Assembly (NCBI GenBank): GCA_903933915.1
Contig: CAIZLW010000116.1
Location: 11,997-35,996 of the forward strand
Reading direction: 5' to 3'
From: an uncultured beta proteobacterium
GTDB lineage: Bacteria > Pseudomonadota > Gammaproteobacteria > Burkholderiales > SG8-41
Length of the DNA: 24,000 bases
The translations under genes and the position numbers were made by a program. Below are positions 15,730-23,576 of the stretch, in pieces. How positions within the stretch are numbered: position 1 is the first letter of the stretch; each line of letters begins with the position of its first letter. The notes beneath the pieces were generated by a model that made no database searches, was not told where the DNA came from, and saw only the letters and a list, made by a program, of their open reading frames with translations.

Positions 15730-16698
15730 TTACTCCGGTTTGATGCCGGCGGCGGCAACGACTTTGCGCCACTTGGCGATTTCGGCTTCGAGATAGCGCG
15801 CGAATTCGGCAGGGCTGCTGCCGATCGGTTCGCCGCCGATTTTCTCGAAAGTCGATTGCACCACCGGCGACTTGAAGCTTTCGGTAATGCCTGCATACAG
15901 CGTGTTGATTACCGCCGCCGGCGTGCCGGCCGGTGCGAGCAGTGCGCTCCAGGCCGCAGCTTCGTAACCTTTGGTGCCGGCTTCATCCATCGTCGGCACA
16001 TCGGGCAGCGTTTTCGAACGCTTTGCCGTGGTTACCGCCAGCGCGCGCAGCCGTCCTGCCGCGATATGCGGATTGACCACGCTGGTCGGCAGGAAGGCAA
16101 TGTCGGTTTCACCGCCGACGACGCCGATCAGTGACGGTGCAGAACCTTTGTAGGCGACGTGCACGATCTTTACGCTGGCCAGACTCTTGTACAGCTCCAG
16201 CGACAGATGGGCCGACGTGCCCGAGCCCGCCGAGCCGCCGGTCAGGCGGTCGGGTTTTGACTTGGCCAGTGCCGTCAATTCGCGCACGGTTTTCGCGGGC
16301 ACCGACGGGTGCACTACCAACACATTTGGCGTGACTACGAGCTGGCTGACCGGTACCAGGTCGCGCATCACGTCATAGGGCAGTTTCTGCGTCAGCGCGG
16401 GGTTGATCGACAGCGCGGTGGATGCACACAACACGGTATAGCCGTCAGCGGGGGAACGCACCACCGACTCGACGCCGATGTTGCCGCCGGCGCCGGGACG
16501 GTTGAGCGCAGTCACCGGCTGTTTCCAGATTTCGCCGAGGCGCAGTGCCACCGTGCGGCAGACGATATCAACTGCGCCGCCAGCCGGGAAAGGAATGACC
16601 ATACTCACCGCTTTGGCCGGAAAATTCTGTGCGGTGGCGGGGCCGGACAGGACGACAGTCATCACCAGGCCGCAGGCGGCCAGTACGTTGCAGTTCAT
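15730..16698 (-). CDS. Bug family (TctC-like) periplasmic substrate-binding protein
   Basis: 322 aa with a signal peptide. Motifs: FPAKAVSMVIPFPAGGAVD, LNRPGAGGN, AYKGSAP, LRALAVTTAKRSKTLPDVPT. Confidence 0.88.
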   Translation of the reverse strand: MNCNVLAACGLVMTVVLSGPATAQNFPAKAVSMVIPFPAGGAVDIVCRTVALRLGEIWKQPVTALNRPGAGGNIGVESVVRSPADGYTVLCASTALSINPALTQKLPYDVMRDLVPVSQLVVTPNVLVVHPSVPAKTVRELTALAKSKPDRLTGGSAGSGTSAHLSLELYKSLASVKIVHVAYKGSAPSLIGVVGGETDIAFLPTSVVNPHIAAGRLRALAVTTAKRSKTLPDVPTMDEAGTKGYEAAAWSALLAPAGTPAAVINTLYAGITESFKSPVVQSTFEKIGGEPIGSSPAEFARYLEAEIAKWRKVVAAAGIKPE

Positions 16699-16718
16699 GG
16701 TTGTTCCCCCAGTAATTT

Positions 16719-17687
16719 TTATTCGAGGCGCAGGTCGAGCTTGCCGCGCAACTCGGCGTAACGGGCGATTTCGCCTTCGAGGTATTTGCCGAACTGTTGC
16801 GGCGTCATGCGCGGCAGTTCCGCGCCTTCCGGCGCCAGCGTGTCTTCCAGCGTTTTGTCGGTCTGTGCGGCAGCGACGGCGGCGTTCAGGCGTTCGATTG
16901 CCGCGCGCGGCACGCCTCGCGGCGCGAGGATGCCGTACCAGCTGGTCATTTCGTATTTGGGCACGCTTTCACCGATGGTCGGCAAGCCGGGGAACGCCGC
17001 CGATCGTTTGGCGGTGGATACCGCCAGCGCACGCACTTTGCCGGAGGCGATATGCGGTTTCACCGACAGCGGCCCCAGCAATGCCATCTGCACTTCACCG
17101 CCCAGCAGTCCGGCGATTGACGGTGCCGCGCCTTTGTAACTGACGTTGACCATGTCGACTTTGGCGTAGAGCCTGAGCATTTCCAGGCCGAGGTGAGAGG
17201 CGCTGCCGATGCCGCTGCTGGCGTAGTTGAACTTGCCCGGTTGCGCGCGCAGCAGTGTCAGCAGTTCGGGCATTGTTTTCGCGTTCAGCGAGGGATGGAT
17301 CACCAGCACGAACGGCATTTTTGCGAACAGCGTAACGGGTTCGAAGCTTTTGATCGAATCGTAGGGCAGGTTGCGCGCGAAGGCCGCGTTGATCGCATGC
17401 GCGCCGGAGATCCACAGGATGGTGTAACCGTCGGGGGTGGCGCTGGCGGCCGCCGTGGTGCCGATGATGCTGCCGCCGCCGGGACGGTTGTCGATGATGA
17501 CTTGCTGTTGCAGCGTATCGGTCAGCGACTTCGCGAGCAATCGAGCGGCGACATCGGCACCGCCGCCGGCGGAAATCGGCGCGATCATGCGGATCGGCCG
17601 CACCGGATATGACGGTGTCGCTGCGCTGGCAGTCTGCGAGCAGGCTGCCAGCAGCACGATGCCGGTGAAGAATTTTTTCATGGGCAT
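16719..17687 (-). CDS. Bug family (TctC-like) periplasmic substrate-binding protein
   Basis: 322 aa with a signal peptide (MPMKKFFTGIVLLAACSQTASA). Motifs: YPVRPIRMIAPISAGGGAD, IDNRPGGGS, SYKGAAP, VRALAVSTAKRSAAFPGLPT. Confidence 0.88.
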   Translation of the reverse strand: MPMKKFFTGIVLLAACSQTASAATPSYPVRPIRMIAPISAGGGADVAARLLAKSLTDTLQQQVIIDNRPGGGSIIGTTAAASATPDGYTILWISGAHAINAAFARNLPYDSIKSFEPVTLFAKMPFVLVIHPSLNAKTMPELLTLLRAQPGKFNYASSGIGSASHLGLEMLRLYAKVDMVNVSYKGAAPSIAGLLGGEVQMALLGPLSVKPHIASGKVRALAVSTAKRSAAFPGLPTIGESVPKYEMTSWYGILAPRGVPRAAIERLNAAVAAAQTDKTLEDTLAPEGAELPRMTPQQFGKYLEGEIARYAELRGKLDLRLE

Positions 17688-17695
17688 CGCGGCGC

Positions 17696-18664
17696 TTATT
17701 CCGGCTGCAGTCCGATCGCCTTGGCGATTTTTGCGACCTTGTCGATTTCAGACTTGATGAACGCGGCGTATTGCTGCGGCGAATTGCCGGCCGGCTCCAG
17801 ACCGAGGTCGGAGAAGCGCTGTTTGACGTCGGGCATTTTGGTGATTTGCAGCAATTGGCCGTTCAGCTTGTTAATAATGTCGACGGGGGTTTTAGCCGGT
17901 GCAACGAGGCCCCACCAGCTGTCGAACTGGAAACCAGGAAGGGTTTCCGCCACAGCCGGAAGATCGGGCGCCAGTACAGAGCGTTTTTCGCTGGTCACGG
18001 CGAGGCCACGCAGGCGACCCGTTTTCACGTGGGGGATGCCGACGGGCATAGTGGCGAAAATAAACTGGATGTGCCCGGCAATCAGGTCGTTCACCGATTG
18101 TCCCGTGCCTTTGTACGGCACGTGTACGATATTGACCTTGGCCATGAAGCGAAACAGTTCGCCGGTGAGGTGCGCCGGCGTGCCGCTGCCGCCCGAGCCG
18201 TAGTTCAGCTGCCCCGGCTTGGACTTGGCCAGCGCAATCATGTCCTTGACGCTGCGCACCGGCAGCGACGGATGCACCACCAGTACCGTGGTGCCGACGG
18301 CCGACAGCGCGATCGGCGCGAAATCATTGACCGGGTCGTAGGGCAGTTTCTTGAACAGGCTGACGTTGACCGCGGTGGGCGCCACATTGCCTACGGTGAG
18401 CGTATAGCCATCGGGTGCAGCTTTCGCGCCGATCTCGGTGCCCAGCGTGCCGCCGGCACCGGGACGGTTGTCGACGATGAACTGCTGGCCGTTCAATTCG
18501 GTCAGTTTCTGCGCAAGGATGCGTGCCACCAGGTCGGACGAGCCGCCGGCCGGGAAAGGCGCGATGATGCGAACGGCGCGGGTCGGATAGTTCTGCGCTG
18601 CAGAGGGTAGCGCTGCGGCAAGGCTCAGCGTCGCGACTGCGGCCACTGCAGTGATGCGGTTCAT
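17696..18664 (-). CDS. Bug family (TctC-like) periplasmic substrate-binding protein
   Basis: ORF 17696..18829. I prefer the ATG at 18664-18662, giving 322 aa that start MNRITAVAAVATLSLAAALPSAAQ (signal peptide). Then YPTRAVRIIAPFPAGGSSD, VDNRPGAGGT, PYKGTGQ, LRGLAVTSEKRS. Confidence 0.88.
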   Translation of the reverse strand: MNRITAVAAVATLSLAAALPSAAQNYPTRAVRIIAPFPAGGSSDLVARILAQKLTELNGQQFIVDNRPGAGGTLGTEIGAKAAPDGYTLTVGNVAPTAVNVSLFKKLPYDPVNDFAPIALSAVGTTVLVVHPSLPVRSVKDMIALAKSKPGQLNYGSGGSGTPAHLTGELFRFMAKVNIVHVPYKGTGQSVNDLIAGHIQFIFATMPVGIPHVKTGRLRGLAVTSEKRSVLAPDLPAVAETLPGFQFDSWWGLVAPAKTPVDIINKLNGQLLQITKMPDVKQRFSDLGLEPAGNSPQQYAAFIKSEIDKVAKIAKAIGLQPE

Positions 18665-18810
18665 GTTGTGGGTAGCCCTGTTTCGTTTTGGAAACGCTCG
18701 GAGGCACGGATTCTGCACTAAATCCGGGCCGGGGAGAATGTGCGGAACGGCAAAAGTCTCTGGTAGCATCGGCCGTCCGTGGTATTCACGTCCACCAGAA
18801 GGAAACGTCC

Positions 18811-19893
18811 ATGCATGCTGCCAGCACACCCGTCAAAGACAAGCGCGTCGAAACTGCCATCCACCATTGGGCACCGCGCTTTGTATCCAGCGGCGTGCCG
18901 CTGACGGATTTTGAAGAAGTCACCGCAGGCATTTCCCGCTGGGAGCAGTGGTGCGCGGCATGGAGTGCGCGCGCCGCCGTGCATGAAAGCATAGGCCGCA
19001 AGGCGCTGGCCGATGGCTACAAACTCTCGGCGGGCGAACACCTCAACCGCGCGGCGATCTGCTATCACTTCGGCAAGTTCATGTTCGTGCACGACATTCC
19101 GCAGATGAAAGCCGCGCACCTGAAGGTGATTGAATGCCGTCAGCTGGCGCTGCCGCTGCTGCCCTACCCGGGGGTGCGCGTGGAAATGCCTTATCAGGGC
19201 AAGACGCTGGCCGGCATCCTGCGCAAGCCTGCGGGTAACGCGCCGCATCCGGTAGTGATCATGTGCGTTGGCCTCGATTCAACCAAGGAAGAGCTCGAGG
19301 TCTACGAAAACATTTTCCTCGCCCGCGGCATGGCGACGCTGTCCTTCGATGGTCCAGGGCAGGGCGAGGCCGAATACGACATTCCGATCCGCGGCGACTA
19401 CGAGGTCGCGGTCAAGGCCGTCGTCGATTATGTCATCACCCGCAATGACCTTGATGCCGCCCGTATCGGTCTGTGGGGCGTGTCACTCGGCGGGTATTAC
19501 GCTGCGCGCAGCGTTGCGTTCGAGAAACGCATCAAGGCCTGCATTTCGCTGTCCGGTCCCTACAGCTGGGTGGAAACCTTCGACAGCCGCAATGAACTCT
19601 CACGCGAGGCCTTCCGCGTGCGTTCGCATGCCAAAGACATGGCGGCGGCGCGCGACAATGCCAAGACGCTGACGCTGGAAGGTGTCGCAAAAAACATCAC
19701 CTGTCCGATCTACGTCGTCGGCGGCGAGTTCGATAAATTGACGCCGCCGCACAATGCCGAACGCATCGCCGCGGAAGTGTCGGGGCCCTGCGAGCTGCTG
19801 ATCGTCAAGGGCGGCAACCATGTCGCCAACAACCGGCGTTACATGTTCCAGACCCAAACCGCGGACTGGATGGCTGATATTTTGTGCAAGTAG
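18811..19893 (+). CDS. Alpha/beta hydrolase with N-terminal helical domain (2,6-dihydropseudooxynicotine-hydrolase-like / FrsA-like)
   Basis: ORF 18688..19893. I prefer the ATG at 18811, preceded by AAGGAA. HHWAPRF near the N-terminus and the nucleophile elbow GVSLGG resemble the DHPON hydrolase family as I recall it. Divergent from the Bug operon. Confidence 0.7.
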   Translation: MHAASTPVKDKRVETAIHHWAPRFVSSGVPLTDFEEVTAGISRWEQWCAAWSARAAVHESIGRKALADGYKLSAGEHLNRAAICYHFGKFMFVHDIPQMKAAHLKVIECRQLALPLLPYPGVRVEMPYQGKTLAGILRKPAGNAPHPVVIMCVGLDSTKEELEVYENIFLARGMATLSFDGPGQGEAEYDIPIRGDYEVAVKAVVDYVITRNDLDAARIGLWGVSLGGYYAARSVAFEKRIKACISLSGPYSWVETFDSRNELSREAFRVRSHAKDMAAARDNAKTLTLEGVAKNITCPIYVVGGEFDKLTPPHNAERIAAEVSGPCELLIVKGGNHVANNRRYMFQTQTADWMADILCK

Positions 19894-19941
19894 TCCAGGT
19901 GTGTGATGTATCTTTGCTGGCGTTAAAGGTGGATTAGATCA

Positions 19942-20910
19942 ATGCCAACTGAATTCGAACTGATCAAACAGCATTTCACCCATGCCACGCCGCGCACGCT
20001 GCTCGGCGTCGGCGATGACGCCGCGCTGATCAGGCCAACCCGCGGCCAGGTGCTGGCCGTTGCTGCCGACATGCTCGTCGGCGGACGGCATTTTTTCATG
20101 AATACGGATCCGGCGTCGGTGGGGCACAAGGCGCTGGCGGTGAACCTGTCGGATATGGCGGCGATGGGTGCCGTGCCGCGATGGGCGACGCTGGGCATTG
20201 CGCTGCCCAGGGCCGATGCGCGCTGGGTCGCAGCAATGTCGAAGGGTTTCATGAAGCTGGCGCGCCGGCATGGCGTTGACCTGATCGGCGGCGATACCAC
20301 GCGCGGGCCGTTGAACCTGTGCGTGCAGATCATAGGTGAAGTGCCGGCGCGGCAGGCGTTGCGCCGCGACGGCGCGAAACCCGGCGATGACATCTGGGTC
20401 TCGGGCACGCTGGGGGATGCCGCACTGGCGGTGGCTGCGAAAAACAAACGCATCAGGCTCAAGCCGGCTGAACTGAAACAGGCCCTGCAACGCCTCGACT
20501 GGCCAGTGCCGCGCATTGCGCTGGGTGTGGCCTTGCGCGGCGTGGCGCGCAGCGCGATTGATGTATCGGACGGCCTGATCGCCGACCTCGGGCATATCTG
20601 CGAGCGTTCCGGGGTTGCTGCGGTAGTGGCGATCGAACGTTTGCCGGTGTCGCCGCTGATGCGGCGTTATCGCGAAGCGCCCGCAGCACGGGCGGCGCTG
20701 CTCGGGGGCGGCGATGATTACGAACTGTGTTTTACCGCGGCGCCGGCAAAACGTGCCGCGGTGGCGCGTGCGGCGTCACGCACACGCACCAGGGTGACGC
20801 GCATCGGGTGCGTGATCCGCGCGCCGGAGGACGCGTGCAGTGTGGTGGTCGTGGATGGTGACGGCTTGCCGGTGGCGGCAGGGCAGAAAGGGTTTGATCA
20901 CTTTGGATAA
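19942..20910 (+). CDS. thiL: Thiamine-monophosphate kinase
   Basis: MPTEFELIKQHF...GVGDDAALI...DMLVGGRHF...KALAVNLSDMAAMGA...GGD are typical ThiL/AIR-synthase-related motifs. Confidence 0.92.
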   Translation: MPTEFELIKQHFTHATPRTLLGVGDDAALIRPTRGQVLAVAADMLVGGRHFFMNTDPASVGHKALAVNLSDMAAMGAVPRWATLGIALPRADARWVAAMSKGFMKLARRHGVDLIGGDTTRGPLNLCVQIIGEVPARQALRRDGAKPGDDIWVSGTLGDAALAVAAKNKRIRLKPAELKQALQRLDWPVPRIALGVALRGVARSAIDVSDGLIADLGHICERSGVAAVVAIERLPVSPLMRRYREAPAARAALLGGGDDYELCFTAAPAKRAAVARAASRTRTRVTRIGCVIRAPEDACSVVVVDGDGLPVAAGQKGFDHFG

Positions 20911-20924
20911 ATGGCTGCCCGCGC

Positions 20925-20947
20925 AAATGCCGGCACCGGCATTTTTA
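20925..20947 (+). terminator. Rho-independent terminator after thiL
   Basis: AAATGCCGG-CA-CCGGCATTT followed by TT: an 8-bp stem once the innermost pair is opened to give a 4-nt loop, with a T5 run. It starts 15 nt after the thiL stop. Confidence 0.75.
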
Positions 20948-21047
20948 GCATTTGCAGTCACGCAAGCTTCGGTAGACTGTAAAGATTCTCGCTGTTCGGC
21001 AGCCGTCCCCGGCTGCTGTGCCATGACTCTCCCGGAGACTGACAGCC

Positions 21048-21878
21048 ATGCCGCTGAACGAACCGTACATCACCGCTGGTTCCGATGTTTATATCCTGAC
21101 CTTCAAGGGCAGCAATGAATTGCAGGCGTCGCAGACCGGCCTTGCCGCGCTGTCGCTCAAGCTGCTGGTGCTGATCGATGGCCGGACCACGGTTGCCGAG
21201 ATTCGCCGGCGAGTGAATCCGGTGCCGACTGATGCGCAGTTTTCAGCGGCAATGCAGGAGCTGATCAGCGGGGGCCATGTTGATCTCAATACCAATCAAC
21301 TGACCCAATCGCTCGACTTCATCGAGTTTTTCAGGGAAACGCCGAAACAGCCCTCGGCATCGGCGCTGGATCAAGTGCAGTCGGAGGCCGCATCCGGCAT
21401 CACCACCCTGCAGCAGCACGGGTATTACGTACGCATCGCCATGAGATCGGCCAACCCGCCCAAGCCGGAAGGTCGCATCTCAGTGCTGATCGTTGAGGAC
21501 GATGAAACGCTGTCGAAATTTCTGCGGCAGTATCTTGAGCTTGAAGGCTTCGTCGCCACGACGGCAGCCAACCGTGATCAAATCGTCGCCGGGCTCCGGC
21601 GCCAGCCTCCTCCTGATCTGGTTTTGCTGGACGTCGTGCTGCCCGACGCGGATGGTTTCAATATCCTGCTGAAAATGCGCGAACATCCGGTGTTGAAATC
21701 CGTCCCCGTTCTGATGTTGACCGCCAAGGCGACGCGGGAAGCGGTGCTCAAGGGACTGGCCGGCGGCGCCAACGGTTATATTACCAAGCCGTTTCAGCCG
21801 GATTCGCTGATCATCGCGGTCAAGACCGTTTTGGGCATTTCGAAAAATCCTTTTGACCGCGGCGGCAGGGTTGAGTGA
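21048..21878 (+). CDS. Response regulator with C-terminal receiver (REC) domain and uncharacterised ~140-aa N-terminal domain
   Basis: 276 aa. REC signatures lie in the C-terminal half: VLIVEDDE, DLVLLDVVLPDADG (phospho-acceptor Asp), VLMLTAK, GYITKPF. I could not assign the N-terminal part (..LSLKLLVLIDGRTTVAEIRRRV...MQELISGGHV..). GGAG lies 10 nt upstream of the ATG. Confidence 0.8.
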   Translation: MPLNEPYITAGSDVYILTFKGSNELQASQTGLAALSLKLLVLIDGRTTVAEIRRRVNPVPTDAQFSAAMQELISGGHVDLNTNQLTQSLDFIEFFRETPKQPSASALDQVQSEAASGITTLQQHGYYVRIAMRSANPPKPEGRISVLIVEDDETLSKFLRQYLELEGFVATTAANRDQIVAGLRRQPPPDLVLLDVVLPDADGFNILLKMREHPVLKSVPVLMLTAKATREAVLKGLAGGANGYITKPFQPDSLIIAVKTVLGISKNPFDRGGRVE

Positions 21879-21915
21879 TGCCGGGTTCGGGCGATCGTAA
21901 TCGCAGCGGTTGATC

Positions 21916-22254
21916 ATGAGCGACGATGAATTCAGGCAGATGCTGGCCGCGGTCAGCGCGGAATACCGGACTGAACTGCCGGATCGCATTGCCCGCATTG
22001 ATGCGCTGTGGGAGCAGATCATTCGCGGCGTGCATTCTTCGCAACAGATGGATGAACTGATCCGTGCGCTGCACAAGATCGCGGGATCGGCGGAAACATT
22101 TGGTTTGACTGCCGTTGGCCAGGCTGCGGCGGCTGCTGAATCCCGTCTGGAGCCGTATCGTGACGTTCAGCAAAGACCTGATGCCGAGTGCCAGGCGGAA
22201 ATTACGCAATTGCTGGAGAGGTTGCGACATGCCGCCGGAGTTGGTGGGCATTGA
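21916..22254 (+). CDS. Stand-alone histidine phosphotransfer (Hpt) domain protein
   Basis: ORF 21910..22254 with an ATG at 21916. ALHKIAGSAETFG fits the Hpt H-x-x-K-G-S-A phospho-His motif. About 112 aa, predicted helical, 37 nt after the response-regulator gene. Confidence 0.75.
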   Translation: MSDDEFRQMLAAVSAEYRTELPDRIARIDALWEQIIRGVHSSQQMDELIRALHKIAGSAETFGLTAVGQAAAAAESRLEPYRDVQQRPDAECQAEITQLLERLRHAAGVGGH

Positions 22255-22367
22255 CGGCATCAAAGAGGGCGGGTGCGGCGCTGCCACCCGAGCCACTGCG
22301 CTATTAGAGCGCGCCCGCTGCTGAATTATGCGGTAATGTTGCGCCGACCCATTTTTAACCGCATGTA

Positions 22368-22859
22368 ATGCAATCACCTATCCATCCCGACCTGCGCTTC
22401 ATCTTCCGTCACCCCGCACATTTCATTGCCTTCGGTGCCGGTGCCGGGCTGTCTCCGGTGGCGCCGGGCACTGTCGGTACGCTGCTTGCGCTGCCGCTGT
22501 TCCACTGGCTGGCGCCGCAGCTTGCGCCGTGGACTTTTCTGGTGGTGGTGGTTGCCTTGTTCTGGCTGGGGGTGTGGGCGAGTTCGGTGACGGGCCATGC
22601 GCTGGGCGTGGCTGATCACGGTGGCATGGTCTGGGACGAGACGGTGGCCTTCCTGCTGGTGCTGTTTTTTGTTCCGGCAACGGCTTACTGGCAGGCGTTT
22701 GCGTTCCTGGTGTTCCGGCTTTTTGACATCTTCAAGCCGCCGCCCATCGGCTACTATGACCGCATGCTCAAAAACGGTTTCGGCGTGATGTGGGACGATC
22801 TGCTCGCGGCGGGCTACACGCTGCTGATCATGGCGTTGGCCTACGCTGCCTTGGGATAA
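22368..22859 (+). CDS. pgpA: Phosphatidylglycerophosphatase A
   Basis: FIAFGAGAGLSPVAPGTVGTLLALP...DHGGMVWDE..LFR.FDI.KP is the PgpA signature. 163 aa, hydrophobic. Confidence 0.9.
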   Translation: MQSPIHPDLRFIFRHPAHFIAFGAGAGLSPVAPGTVGTLLALPLFHWLAPQLAPWTFLVVVVALFWLGVWASSVTGHALGVADHGGMVWDETVAFLLVLFFVPATAYWQAFAFLVFRLFDIFKPPPIGYYDRMLKNGFGVMWDDLLAAGYTLLIMALAYAALG

Positions 22860-22877
22860 CTTGCAGGAGATCCGGTA

Positions 22878-23396
22878 ATGCCAAACAAACACAGGGCAGA
22901 CGATTCGGCGCTGTTTGAACTGGCGGCGCGCGTCGGTGAAGCGTTGAAAGCGCAGGGACTGATGCTGGCGACGGCGGAATCGTGCACCGGCGGCTGGATT
23001 GCGCAGGCGCTGACGGCGGTACCCGGCAGTTCCAACTGGTTCGAACGCGGCTTCGTCACCTATACCTATATTTCCAAACGCGAGATGCTCGGCGTCAGCC
23101 AGGACACGCTGAGCACGCATGGCGCGGTATCGGAGCCGACGGTGCGCGAGATGGTCACCGGTGCGCTGGCCAACAGCCATGCGCAAATCGCAGTGTCGGT
23201 CAGCGGTACGGCCGGGCCTGCTGGCGGCACGCCCGACAAGCCGGTGGGCACCGTGTGCTTCGCCTGGAGCATCAAAAACGGCGAACCGAAAAGCGCGTTA
23301 AAGCGCTTTACCGGCGATCGTGAAGCGGTGCGCCGGCAGGCCGTGCATTTTGCGCTGGAAGGCTTGCTGGGGCTGCTGCCCACAACACCGGCATAG
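22878..23396 (+). CDS. pncC: CinA C-terminal-domain protein / nicotinamide-nucleotide amidohydrolase
   Basis: LATAESCTGGWIAQALTAVPGSSNWFERGFVTYTY..K...LGV...L..HGAVSE.....M; 172 aa. It lies directly upstream of recA, as E. coli pncC (ygaD) does. Confidence 0.88.
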   Translation: MPNKHRADDSALFELAARVGEALKAQGLMLATAESCTGGWIAQALTAVPGSSNWFERGFVTYTYISKREMLGVSQDTLSTHGAVSEPTVREMVTGALANSHAQIAVSVSGTAGPAGGTPDKPVGTVCFAWSIKNGEPKSALKRFTGDREAVRRQAVHFALEGLLGLLPTTPA

Positions 23397-23454
23397 TAAA
23401 TAAACAATTGATTTAATTGAAATTTTAGTTGTTTATGTGGGGTTATACCCACTA

Positions 23455-23470
23455 CTGTATAAATATTCAC
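23455..23470 (+). promoter_or_regulatory. Possible degenerate SOS (LexA) box in the recA promoter region
   Basis: TACTGTATAAATATTCAC: the left half matches the E. coli-type TACTGTAT exactly, but the right half is TCAC rather than ACAG. It overlaps a plausible promoter: TTCACC, 17-18 nt spacer, TAATAAT. Confidence 0.3.
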
Positions 23471-23576
23471 CTTTTTTGGCGGATTGTGTAATAATGCGTT
23501 CCATCAACAGGTCGCAACGTATCGCAAACCGTATCTCCCTATTTTTGAACTGAACCATCGAACTACGAGGACAATC

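Noticed and set aside
18665-18829. Long N-terminal extensions of the third Bug ORF (to 18829) and of the hydrolase ORF (from 18688), which would overlap each other on opposite strands
   Set aside because: The internal ATGs at 18664 (signal peptide starts immediately, giving 322 aa like its paralogs) and 18811 (AAGGAA SD) give sensible proteins and a normal divergent promoter region. The extensions carry no conserved sequence.
14550-19941. Genomic island or mobile element bounding the nusB-thiL insertion
   Set aside because: No integrase, transposase or tRNA, and I could not see flanking direct or inverted repeats at 14550-14595 versus 19894-19941. Base composition also looks similar to the flanks by eye. 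Reported as a synteny break, not as a mobile element.
20840-21118. 92-aa ORF bridging the thiL 3' end and the response-regulator 5' end (includes the ATG at 21023)
   Set aside because: It runs through the thiL terminator hairpin, is out of frame with both flanking genes and has no SD. The ATG at 21048 with GGAG upstream explains the region.
21048-21470. PATAN/DUF4388 or PilZ identity for the N-terminal domain of the response regulator
   Set aside because: The PatA-like domain order suggested PATAN. However, the G.L..f.l.dvLq.L....tG.L pattern I associate with DUF4388, and the RxxxR / DxSxxG PilZ motifs, are absent. Left as unassigned.
22374-23186. 270-aa minus-strand ORF opposite pgpA and pncC
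   Set aside because: It crosses the pgpA/pncC boundary, is very R/Q/H-rich, and both sense genes carry clear family signatures.
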